Shown piece by piece: positions 12,301 through 25,600 of a DNA stretch of 64,000 nt. Position 1 is the stretch's first letter. Each line of letters begins with the position of its first letter. The notes below the pieces were generated by a model. It saw nothing but the letters and a program-made list of their open reading frames with translations, was not told the origin of the DNA and ran no database searches. Location: contig NW_020843739.1 of assembly GCF_003704095.1 (NCBI RefSeq), forward strand, positions 124,001 to 188,000. The letters run 5' to 3'. Made by a program: the position numbers and the translations under genes. The stretch comes from Pocillopora damicornis (Eukaryota).

Positions 12301-14686
12301 CATGCTCGACAAACGCTTTTCTAAATTAATTTATTAAATGATGCTTGGTCTATGTTGTTTTACTTTTTACCCTCGTGGCAAATGTTGCTTGGGTGACATG
12401 CACTTATTTTTTCGCTCTCACACATGATCAATTGGTAAAATCTTCTTACAGTTATAATACACTGCAAAGCCTGGAGGTTTTGAGGAATTAATGAAATTAT
12501 TAACTAGGAAATAATAGCATCGATGTCACACTAAGTTATCAGAAATTGTCGACAAACAAAGAGAAAAGAGCCGAGAATTACTCAGTGAGCCCGCGGGCGC
12601 GATTTCATTTCCTATTCCGGTAATGGCAGTGTATCAAATGCTAAATTACTTCTGCCTTTCACCTCTTGTTGAGGAAATTTTGGGCTCCGAATAAAAAAGT
12701 CCTCTTTAGTTCCAGTTTCTGACTTCCAGTTTCCATGGATGAACATAAATCAATTTGATTATCCACGTGCAAATAGTAGGGTTAATAAAAACATTTTTTT
12801 TAATGTTAAAAGGGCTTCGTATGGGACATATGAACATATCACAGAATGATGTAATGTAGTCATTACAAGACTTAGCTTTATCAATAGAACCGTAAAATGC
12901 CTTTAGGTGCACATAACTAATTACTGCTTTCATCATGTAACATTCACTGGAATTTTAAATGAGCTACATGTACCATAATCCTGTTAAACTGTTGGTTTTA
13001 CAGCTTCTACCTAGATGCTATAAGCTTGGTGACTAAGGGATAAGTTACTCAGTCGCTTTTTTTCATGCGTGTTTGAAGTTTGAAGACTTCTAAGGAAGTT
13101 TATTGATTTCTGAGCAGACAGGTAAAATTGGTTATCATTTTTGAAAGCTACTGGAGGGGAGGACTTAAATCATTTTGTAGAGCAGGTAAAGATAACAATA
13201 CTTTCATTTACGAAATACGTTCAGCTTAAAAATTATTTTTTTTAAGAAGGAAGTAATCTTAGTAAACATTACGCTCAGATAATTATTTCGCTTGACTCTG
13301 TGCGTCTCTTGAATTTTGTCTCTCGTAAATTAATATTTTATGAATATTTCGCATTTATTGTTGTTGTCGTTGTCTTTTCATTACACAGTCGATTAAGGCA
13401 CAGTCCGTAAGTACGTGTTCATTTATGACAAAATTAAATATATACTGTGCCATGTGTACATTCCTCAATAAGGACTTGAAATAAGAGACGGAAATCAAAT
13501 CGCACCTCGTATAAAGTTGATGCCATTTTCTGCTCTCCAACTTAGACAGATGGCTTGTAAATCAGCCTAGAATGAAAGACATACATGATGAATATAAAAT
13601 AAGAAACGTCGATCATTAGGAAAGCATAATAGAGTTACTGCGTGAAAGATATCTCATCGCATAGGAAGGAATCAAAGGGAGGATATATAAGTAAACTTTG
13701 TTTTTGCACGTACCTTTGTGATGACGTTTTGAACAACTTAAACCAAAAGCACATTGCGGTTTCATACAAAACAGAAATTGATAAAATCCTAATTTGGTGA
13801 TGATATGTCATTGCGTTACGGAAAGTTTTATTCGAACACGCCAGGACTTATTTTAGATACTTAATTCATTTTAGTTTCGCTGATTATGAAGTGTATTCAA
13901 TCCAACAGGTGTGGCTATATCTATGTCTCGATATAATTTTTTTTTTCGTTCAAACTATCGTGAGTTTTGCCGAAAGAAAGATCTGTGTTGCACTTTACGT
14001 CTAAATTTTGTGAGAGGCTTTTAGGATATAGCTTAGTTTTATTAAAACTAGCTTAGGACGGAGGTTTTCGCGTCTGCTTCACTTGCCACGATCATTGTCG
14101 AACAAAGAAATTGAAATATAATTTATTCAGTGACCAAACTGTCAAAGGAAAGTCTCTAGTTAGCTTGGATAATGTCCAAATGGAAATGAAAAAAAAAAAA
14201 GACAGTATCCTTTTTCTGGGATATTTCTTCGATGAATATCATGCGTTGCGCCACTCATTAAGTGAAAAATCTACAGAACTTTGATTTTCCTTTCATCTTG
14301 TTCAGATATACACACGCCAAGTAGTAGGCTTCAAAAACCGCTACAAACGCAATTTTTGTATTTTTACCATACATTCATAAGTCTCTGAACCACGGAAGAA
14401 GGAATTTATATCTACACTAGAGGAAGATTCCCGCCAATGCTCTATAAACATTGTTACGTGTATACAGTCATACGGTCATATTAAATTGAATCATTCCTGA
14501 CGAGTTGTTTGAGCTGTGTCTGTCGCTGTGATAGAAATTCAACCCCGGCTGAAGAACAGCAAGAAAAACTGATTTAAGAGCCGTTATTTTCATCTTTAAC
14601 ACGAGAAACACGATACACAGTAAAAAGACTTGTATATGAAAATATAAAATTTAAACCTTACCTCCGTCTACCACGCGGTGCGACAT
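9400..14686 (-). CDS. Highly acidic, probably intrinsically disordered protein (~604 aa) with C-terminal VxxL/YxxxFE-type repeats, possibly F-actin binding
   Basis: Phase-consistent exons 14686-14662, 13736-13714 (23-nt micro-exon), 11826-10594, 10304-10079, 9938-9813, 9673-9590, 9497-9400 (TGA); total 1815 nt. About one third D/E in the large exon by hand count. The two 5' exons are tentative. A GT donor overlapping the stop (9403-9402) could extend the gene. Confidence 0.7.
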
Positions 14687-15939
14687 GAAAAGACAATGAA
14701 TCATCAGGCCGAATAAAATAACTATATATTAAAAGCATTCACCTTTGTTTATACTAGATACGGCACTTGAACCAATTGAAAAGATCCTAGAAATGACCTC
14801 TGAAAGATCTGTGCCAAAACATTTTGCGTCGACTCAGTGAAATCTTTTGTTCAATCACCGTCGCATTTCAGAGCAGGTGTTTCGCAAATCGTCTGTTTGG
14901 AGGCACGACCTCTCCCACATTCATTTTCGTTCCGTGTACCGAACATAAAAATGATAATAATTTTAATATTCTTTCAAAGAATATTCTTCACCGCAGTCCT
15001 TTCATATTTTATAAAGACAGTAAAAGTCGCGCAAAATACCCCGGTGGTCTGCATATGAATATTTAAAATCTCAACTTTTAATATTTTAATTGTGGAGAAA
15101 GCTGACGTGCCGCCGATCACTTGCAGCAGCATTTCCTTACAGAATTTTTCATAAAATGTTGTATTACAAATCAACGGGCTCCTGCTTGATACAGGTAACT
15201 CAAAACACATTCGCTTCGATAGTTCAAAATTTTTCCCAATCTTTATACCTTAGGATTGAAAGACATTATTGTAAACACCAAAAAATATTTTGATAAATTA
15301 AATAAGGCTCGTAAATCTTTCTCGCGCAATTCTGCTTAAAATTCCATATGAATGAATAAGTAAATATCACTCCTTACTATGTGATGCGGGCATGTTAAAA
15401 AAAAAAAGTTATAGTAATCCGAGGTTTAAAAGCAAGGAATTAGTGCAAATCGAATCAAACCGATCATTTTATGACGGGCAAATCACAATGGAAATAGCTT
15501 GACGGGTTTTGTCGGAAGAAAATTCCCTTTCTTAGACGGGACAGAGAAAGTCCCTCCTTCTCATCCCAAATGTTTGAAATTGCAGACGTCATACGGATCA
15601 AGATAACTGTCCACTTTAAAAGCGCTGGGATTGCGAGCTATGTGATAATTTCATAGGCTATAAATAAATGTTCTCTGAGAAAGTTAAAATTCGACTCTCA
15701 AAGCAGCACTCCCCGAATTTTGTGAGCCGTCAAATTTCGCCGTTTGAGATTCATTACATAGGGGAAACAGGACCCGAAACATGAAAGACATTAGTTTTAT
15801 TTATTGATATCTCTGTGTTCACATAACATCTTTTCTTAACTCAGGTAAAATAACCACAATATACATTTGTGGATCAACCATGTCAGCTTTGTAAGAAGTT
15901 AAAACTGACTGTAGAAGCAATGCTTATTGAGATCTGAGG

Positions 15940-16615
15940 TCAGTTCGAAAATAATCTTTCATCGTGACATGTTACCTCTTTTGTCAAAAAATTACCGTCA
16001 AAAACAGAGTCGGTATCGTTATTCTCAATCATTGATATGTTCGCCCTTAAGTCATCTCTCAAAACGCTACTGTCACTCATTTCTATTTGTGGACGACGAG
16101 ACGACGTTGACAAAGAAGAATTTTTACAATATCGATAAACTCGGCGGGTTGAAGTTATTTTTCTCATTTGATAACTGGACTCCACCGTCTGAAAATCCAA
16201 TGAAAAGTCGCCAAAAGGATCTCGTTCCCCTTCAGACGTAGTTTGCGGTTGGTTTGCCATGAGTCCCATTGTTTTAATATATAGAAGTTCTTCTTTTTCA
16301 TTGTTATAAGCGAATGTGTCACTTTCCTGGTCTGAAAATTGAGATGGCTTGTCTTGACAGGGATCAGAAGTAACAGATCTTCGTTTTTCCCTTGTTCTGA
16401 CGGGTTCTGTTGTGCTGCTCTTACGGATGTTGATTAAACTCGAAGATATATCCTCAAAGAAAACGTCATCTGAATTTTCGTCCTCATTATCTTCTTGGTC
16501 ATGCTCTTCGTCGCTTCCGGCTAAGTGGTTATGTTGATATTCCATCGCTTTTTCGTGTTCAATTGTCCTTGTAGCGGCTGTAACATCCATATCACCATGA
16601 AAGCCCTGCAAAATT

Positions 16616-16646
<31 letters not shown>

Positions 16647-19600
16647 AGTAACTGCAGAAAGTACTGTTTTGGCCTTTCGGGCCTCATCAGTGCAGTGTTG
16701 ATGCCAAAGTGAAGGTAAAGCTATAAAGCCACCTTAAATGATCCCACTCTTGTGGTATCATCTAAAGATATTTTTATGTTACGCATTACAATGATAACCC
16801 TTATCACAGTGTTTATCTAGCGGATTCCAGGCAACTGGAAATAAGAGGGTATTCAGTAGAATGTCCTTGCCTGGTCGACTGGTCTTTGCTCAATCCCAGA
16901 AGAAGTGTGTGTCCCCACATTTAACCTTTTTTCTGAAGAAAGAAAGCAATAAAAAAACTTATCGCTAACTGAACAAAATAAACCAAAAAACGAGGAACGC
17001 TGATCAGGCAACAGAAAACATGCTTGGTATTAGCCTTTCCTCTGGAGGTCAGCCTCGAGAAAAATCGATTGAAATGATTGTTATTAAAGAAAATGTATAA
17101 ATGTGGTTTAAATTCTCACTGGGTAGGTAGATAGAAATATACCATTAAACCCACCTTCCGGTATTATGGCTTTCCTTTGAAGTCTTGTTGTCTGTGAAAT
17201 GCACACAAAAAAACAAAAAAACAAAAAAAAAATAGAGTTCTGATTCAGTCCAGGAATATTAAAAGCCGGTGGGTGTTTGATATAATTATATGGGTCCGCC
17301 ATGATTGTATGGTTATCTACCCATCGATTTAAGTTGTTGCTAATTCTTTCGTTCATTTTTCTTGTCGGGGCATCCTATTCATTCCAACTAATTTTACTCA
17401 CCTGAGAAGACGAATATTTCAGTTGTGATTTTGCAATTACATTATCGCGGAGGTGATCTCTTCGACTTCCACGACAGCAGAGTATCCGTTTGTACTCAGA
17501 GCGAATCTAGAAATCATTCAGGATTATTAATTCGAAAGCTTGTGATTAATCTTTTATATTATACCCATAATACGATGTACGCACCATTGACCTAAAATCA
17601 AGTAACCCAAAATGCCTTGTTGTAGTCTTGTTTCGAATACTGTGACTCTATGTTAAATTGCAATTTTAATTATGGAACAACAACCAGACAAATCTTTCAA
17701 ATCGAAAGTCTTGCTTACCCTTTCATCAGCTAAGCAATGAAAAATAAAGATGAAAAGTCCCTTGAAAAAAGAAAGGAATAAGGAGCATAACTAACTCGAA
17801 ACAGAGGTCTCCTTGCATGGAGGAGGAACTCCTTAATTAATTGAATTGGATTTAGAATTAAACGAGATGGTTTTTCGTTCTCTATTTACAATTTGTCTTG
17901 GATTACGGATTGTTTTTAGAGGAGGGAGGAAATATAGAGAACCCAGAAAAACCCTTTGGCAAGAGGGCGAGAAAAAAATACAACTTGACCCACCTCTGCT
18001 GCCAGGTTAGTGAATCGAAGTAGCACACAAACGGTGGAAGGTGTTCTCAACTTTGTACCACACCTATTTCCTAATTCTTACTCAGATGAATTCAGTACTC
18101 AAAGAAGGGTGGAGGCCAAGGAAGGAATCAATTATCAGATTTACCTGCAAAGTGTTGAAAATATTGAACAGATACGCAAAGAGAACTGTAGCTTTGTCCA
18201 GAGAAAACATTCCCAGTAACCAGGTTGTGCCTAAAAGACACGTCAGTACTGCGCATACTTTTACCCAGTACCTGAGGAAAAAAGTTGAGAGTTTTTATTT
18301 TATGAATAAATAAGCAAATACATAACAAAATGAATAATACGTGAAATAATACCAACCGGGTTTCAGCATCGCGAGGGTTTTAATTAAAAAACCTATGACT
18401 GAATGCAGTAAATCATTACGAATTCGACCAATCGTATCCATGTAACTTACTATCTATTACCTATTTGCCGATGTAGACGTTGTTTTTGCACGGCTTATGT
18501 TACAGAATCTATTCGCCTGGAAGAATATTCCTGACAGTGTTTAATTTTGCTTCTTCTATTCTTCCATTATGGTAGTCATTATCTTCATGCTTCTAACAAT
18601 TTCTTAGCTTGCTTACCGTCGTTTTATTCCTTACCTCATTTGCGGCGGGTTTCGGGAAGGCTGATTTAGGGATCGCGTTGCCATAACCTTTAGAGTCATT
18701 CCTAAAAACACCAGATTCACCTACAACATAAAATTGCTGTCAGCATTGTACATTATTCAACATGTGTAACACAGCGGCAGGTGACAAAAAAGAAATGCAA
18801 GTATTAGTCATACCACGCATATGAGCAGAACAGGGCCGACAAAACTCCATATGAAACCTTCTTCAACAGACAACCAACAGCTGCCATAAAGAGAAAGCAC
18901 ATGACAATTCAATTTCGAGGGAAAAGACGAGAGATAAAACAAAGAAACAAATAAAACGTTTTCTTTGATAACTTTAAACCGTTTGATTGTTGACTAACAA
19001 CTTGATTAATTCGTTTAATATTTTATGAGTAAGGTTGCAGAGCTTTGCAGGTTACAAAGTCGCGTTAAATAGGTCAGGAAATATATCTTTTGCTTACTTT
19101 TTAGAGTAAAAGTGGGTTTCTGATAAGTGAATGGGTGAATGAATGAATAAATAAATAGAGGAATGAACAAGTGATTGAGTATTTCCAGCAGTGAAGTGAT
19201 TTGTCAGTTGCATGAAAATCTCAACGACTTATGTGTGAACAAATCTCGCGATCGGACTTTCCATATAAAGCGAAAAAGGGACGAATTCAGCAAGCAAAAC
19301 AGCAGGATCAAACCTTAGGTAATAAGATAAAGAAAAAGAACACTCCGTTCAAAATAAAGAATTCAGATACAAGAAAATTGTAATCCTGTGATCGTGATTA
19401 ATCATAGCATGCTAGTTAAAAAACAGTAATACACTTTTGCACGGCATGTATATGCACATTAAAAAGACTTACTGTCTCTCTGATACGTAACCCTCCATAT
19501 CTATAAGGAACGATGTGACCACAGGTATGAGAGGTATTCCTTTTAAAAATAAAAGAATTTGTTGGAAGACAACACGCCTTGAAAATCAAATATGTATTCG

Positions 19601-22600
19601 CAGCTTAATCATTAATCCAACTGTTTTTCACAACAAGTCTTATACCAGATATTCGCACAAATCGTATTGAAGAATTTAAAAAATGGCTTAGCTTAGTGAA
19701 ACTGTGTCAATTTTTTACATTAAATCTTTAGCTTATTTTTTCATCATTTTACTGCCATTAAGTTTCTGCTTCAAATTAAATATATGTGTAAGCTCCACAA
19801 GGCCCTCTCGCATCGAGAATAATACATTTAAACAAAGGCTTGGCTCACCCCATGAGCATATGAAGAATAGTCTTTTCCTTGGACTCTGACCTGATGTTGG
19901 GAAAACTTTAACAAGCATGACATAAAGAATCACTCCTTCTGTTGCCATCCAGCAAAATGAAACAAGAAATAGATAATGAAGCAATATGGCAATGATAAAG
20001 CAGCCAGTCTAGAAACAAAAAAAGCAGCGAAGATTAGAGAACAGTTTGCAACTATAACCTTCATCGACTCAGGGCGATTTGTGCGAAAGAAAGTGAACAC
20101 AAAATTAAAGCTTAACCGGCGAGATCTATGATCGTGTCATGAACATAAAAAGTCAAAAACTGGGTTATACATCTGACCATGTTGGAGTCTGATAAAAAAG
20201 AGTAGAGAACGACACACTAAGACTGTTGTAAAATTGAGTACCTTGTACTGTGTCTTTTCCGTACCAACAACAAACAGCAGTTCAGCCAAAAAAAGCGATA
20301 GCACCAGGTTGATGTGAGCAAAATTACGATTCGATTTCAAAAACCTGAACAAAGTAACAGTTTGAAATAAATCCAATACTACGTAAATATAATTATTTAA
20401 GGCTCTCGTGATTAATGTTCGGTATTCGAAAAAACCTATCACAGGTTTACAACTAAACGAGATCAGTGTCATAATATCTCGTGATTAAAGTTGAAAAACC
20501 ACATGGGAGATTTCCATAAATATGTGTCCATCACCTTCCAAACAAACAGAAATTATAAGATTTTCATGTACACGAAGTTCTTACCCAAAGGAGCAAAACG
20601 TTACAAAAGCCAGCAATAATGAAACCAGGGATATGCTTATGCCAATGTACGTAACAAGTCCCAAGGCAATTTGGTTGGTCCCCTAAAGACAATTAAAAAG
20701 GTAGTCAGATAATGTATTGCTTGCAAAACGTCTTCTTTTTTTATTGTATAACCATTTAAAATAGTATAGCTTGATATTTTAGATATTGATTAATCTTAAG
20801 TTATCATGGAAAATGCTCAGGTAGAGTGAAAACCAATGAACAAAATGAAAATAAGTATTCTTACAACTTGAAATAAGTTACCTCCGCAAGTGAATGCGAC
20901 GTATAGTGCATAAGGACGCTGAAGCTTGTCAAATGATAACAGTGGCAAACAGTTACGGTCGAGTTTGTGAAATTCACATAACAACCTTCGTCGGACCATG
21001 AGCGTCCAAGCCTGAAAAAATAAAGTAAAGAAGAGACCAACCCAGAGATACATAGCATATCGTCAATTTACGAACCGATGACAACAGTGGTTTTAAAAGG
21101 TGTTTAGGAAGTGGCACTGACTCAGACTTCGCGACTTACTTTGAAATTTTCCAAAAGACGCACGATGTTTGGGGGTTTACGCCTTTCTGAAAGTGAAAAT
21201 GCATATATCTAGTGACCTTAATGACAAGCCATCACAACGACAAATGTATACGAAAATGCGCTCTATGGCTTTTGAGAGCAAAAGGAACAGTTTCAACGCA
21301 TGTCCAGTTATAGTTCACGACATGATAAGGTCTGAAACAACATTCTGTGTCATTTCATTATTCAACTATATACTCGGTCATCCCTGCCATAAGGTTAGCA
21401 AAACTGATCGATCGAACCGGTCGGTGTAAACCAAAATTGATCTCGTATGAAGGCTGTCTTGATCTGATCGGCCGCTTCTAATTAATCATTTGCGTCAGAT
21501 CGACTTATAATGAGTTAGTTTCAAGAATGAAAAAGGTACCTTTAAGATGGGTTTATTCGAATGAAAGCTAGATGGGATCAAAAAAATGAGACGGTAAAGT
21601 GCGTATGAGAATTTCCTCTTCTTACCTGATTATTGTGAAAAAATATCACCACAGGATCCGTAAAGTTGCTTGATGATTTAGGGTTAGTGGAAAGTGAAAT
21701 AACACCAGGAGTAGGATTAAATAATCTGGAACAATACAAAACTTAATGTTATCAGAAAACGTAGAAACCCTCTCTCATACTTATTCAATGCAAAAAAAGT
21801 AATTGTTAACGACAAAGCCGTGTAACCTACCTTGAGGAAGTCAACAATTGTGCAATGTTCTTCATATACACGAAAGCAATATGATGAACTGCCCCTGAAG
21901 AGACCACACAGAGATATCTAGTCAGAGCTACTTTGGAATAATACAAATCGCTCCAGCGACTAAAGCGAAATCGTGCAAAATGTACTTCATAACGTTATTT
22001 TATCATGTTGCAGTCTATGTATTTCGTCTCCTTTCGTTATAACCTAGGGGCTAAAAGGGAACTTGCTTGTGCACGAAGTCACATGTACCTGAAGATGTAC
22101 TGTTGTCATTTCTTTGTAACTCAGATGTTGGCATCTCTATTTTGCTTCCAGATCCATCATCCAACGCAGAAAAGATCACTCTTTCAGCCATAGAATCCTC
22201 TTCCTTAATTGAGCGAAATTTTAACACTAAAGGAAAAGAGTTAATGTAACATAGCCTTGTATAAATGATGCCCCTTGTACTATCATAGAATAGTGGGAAC
22301 TCCCGGTTAGATCTTCATTTCCTAACATAATTTGCGATGTTATATCGCGCCTTTGATATGGAAGATTAGAACCAGGAGTTCAGATATATCTAGGTAATCT
22401 TCTAGGGCTATCTGTCAACGAAAGAAATAGAGCAGGTGACCGCTTAAGAATGCTAGTGAATGCGTTACAATGAATGTGAATAAAACTCACCGATATTAGA
22501 GGTATTAAAACTGGAAGTATTTGTGCTGTTTGAAAATGAAGCAGTCTTCAAAGCTACACTTTCCATAGTCATCAAGAGCTTTGTAGCTTCATCTGAACGA

Positions 22601-25600
22601 GATTTCTATCGGGAGAGAAGGAAACGAAGCAGCAGATTTTGCAAGATGGTCAAGTTCCTTTGCCATCAACCTTGATTATCGAAAGGCAAAAATTGGTCGG
22701 TAATACTTTGTAACTTTTTCGACTAAACCTTGGATATGTGTTTATTGTACAGCACATTGAACAGCGCCATTTGAAGTATGATTTGTTACTCTTAACGCCA
22801 TTTAGGAGTCTCAATTGATTTATAGAGGCTGGATAAAATGTCCACTAGCATCTAATTAATCTTGTAGTTACTGAGTTGCAACACATTCATTGAAGCGAAT
22901 GCATTCGTAAACGTTCGCACTGATGCAATCCCGCAAGACGCTATCACTTGTAACCCTGTAACGAATTAAGAATGTACTAAACGAAAAACGAGAAAGGTGA
23001 AAGCATACCACAGGTGAATCTTGCCAGGCATCCATTGTCTTTTCATCCAGAAGATTACTTGCCACGTTAACTAAATTCTGCAAATGGTGATGACTGTTTA
23101 TAAGAGAAAAACAGCCCTAGGAAGAATAAACTCCTCTGTTTGAAGCAAGCTTTTGATCGTGGACCAAAAAAACAGCTTCTTCATGCTGAAAACTATGTGA
23201 TACAAAGAGGTTCTCTTACCTTTCTGCACTATTTATTTTCTCAAAACTTATCATGTGGCCTTTTAAGATCAAAGCTGCAGGAGAAGGTTTTGTTCTTTGT
23301 TTTTCTTACACCTACCTTCAGAAAAGAACTAGCTTTTTCCTGATTCATTGATGCATTTTGTGTTGTTTTTTGATCTAGAAGTTCTAGCATTCCAACAGCG
23401 GCACTCAAGTCACCACTAACTATTAGTCTCTCTCGCGTTGGGTTCGTAAGCTCTGAAAGTTGGTGAGCCAGATCTGCTGCAGTGTCAGAACCAATTTCAT
23501 TCTTAGAGGTTATCTAAACCAGTCCAGAAGGCAAAAATAAGTGAAAAAGTTAACAACAATAACAAAAGCAAACAAATAGTAAAAATTATAAAAGACATCA
23601 TCGCCAAGTAGAGGCTCTATTCAAACGTCTTATTTGATGGGCTTAACTGGCTTAACTTAACTATCTACCATTATTTGATTATATGTTTTTATTCCTTCAT
23701 GAATAACTTTTAACAGAAGTTTCAGACAGAACTGGTAGTATGAAAATACGAGTGATAATCTAATAATCTAATTATAACAACAAATTAGGGAAATATTACG
23801 TACTTCAAGTTGGAGTTCTCTGAACTCTTCGGAAACACAATTTGTTAAATCTGGTTTATGCCAGGACGCTTTGATTTTAGATGAACAGGAACGATTGGCC
23901 CATCCTACAATTAGATGATACGTTTAAACCTCTGCAACTTAAGAGACAGTATCACAGATCTGAGTTCGTGAAATCTACAAAAATTTTGCTATATTTATTT
24001 ACTTAAATGTAAGAAGCTTTTTCTACTTAATTACTTGCTTTAGAGTACCTGAGAATCCATACGGACAACCTCGCTGAATTGTTTTCCCCCTGGGTGTTTG
24101 CAACCAAGTTATATTTCTGAACAGCTCTTCCTGGCAGAAGTCATCGTCAGAACTATAAGCGGGATCGACTATGAAAGGAAATGGAAAATAGAGATGTTTC
24201 ACTCGTGAAAGGTCGGTGGACTCGGTTAGTGAGGTTTTGTTCTGATGATTATTGCCTCAGTGTTTTTCCGTTGGTTATCTTTTCGGAGCACACATTTCCA
24301 CAGTCGACCAAGATAACATGAATCGTATTTTTATTAGTTAAAAGTGGAGTAATCTGCCGGATTCCGTACTAAATTTAAAGGAGCTATTGAGATTTCTCAC
24401 CTTCGCACCAGTTAAATCCATCCCCAGTAAATCCTTTCTTGCATCTACACTCATACAACCCAGGCATATTTTTACATGTAGCTTCCCCGTGGCATGGTTG
24501 TTGGGTGCATTCATCAAAATCTAGTTGGAGCAAATAGGAACGGCATTTGACACTTTCATTGGTGACCTAAACCATATAAAACTCTACCAGCATTGGTTTC
24601 ATGTTGTAGCTGACTTTTTCCTTATCATGTAAATAAGCAGAGGAAGTGTTCTGTTTATCAAAAGCCTAACTTAAAGTAAATAAAACAGAATTCAGTTTTA
24701 AAGGTCACGTTCTGGTGAGGATAACTAAGCAAAACTAGAAAGGTTTATATTTCATAACGGGGCAAGAGTCTCAGTGGACTGACCTAATGTAGTCATCCCT
24801 CTCGCCATCTCCCACGGACCTGCATACTGTGTGTTTCGACCTCGAACCTTAACTTTAAACGCTGTGTATTGAGGAAGACTTTTCAGCAGTACATCAGCGG
24901 TTTTACCCACTCTCTTTCTGGTGCAATTAACAGTAGAACAGTATTCTACGTCATATGATTGTACTTCCTCTCTTTGGTCAAGAGGTATCCATGTAACTTT
25001 GATGACGTCCGAGCTCAGAGCAATGGCGGTGACGTTTTTCGGCTTTTCTTTTTGCAAATAAACGAGAAAAGAAAAACATAATGAACACCGGAAAATTAAC
25101 TGCTGGTGTCAGAGGGAGGATAAACTTGTGACCAAAACAAAATAGATAACATCAATAACGAGAGAAACCAACCATAGCTCGCGCATAAAAGTAAAATAGG
25201 ATCCCACGGGTATGGCCTTATATATTTGCAGTCAGTTGTTGTACTTTTTTATCACGAGAAACTATTTAGAGGATAGGGATGTTGTACTGGATAATACACC
25301 TTGTCCAGGCTGCTCAATACTTATTATTTAGAGGACCATACGGCAAACAGCGGAACAAAAAATTATACCTTCAGCATACCTGTAACAAGTGGTACTTTTT
25401 TTGTTCTGGCCTTCTTGGTTTGGGACAACGGACCATTCCCTGCAGATGTAAAGCCTTGCACTACTATGGCGTACTCGGTGTTAGTCATGAGACCGGTTAT
25501 AAGGTAGCTTTCAGCGTCTTCAACTGCTATAAGGCGTTTCCTACTTCCTTTGTTAGATAACTTCAACTGGAGAAAAACATAGTCAACCACTTTGCACCAG

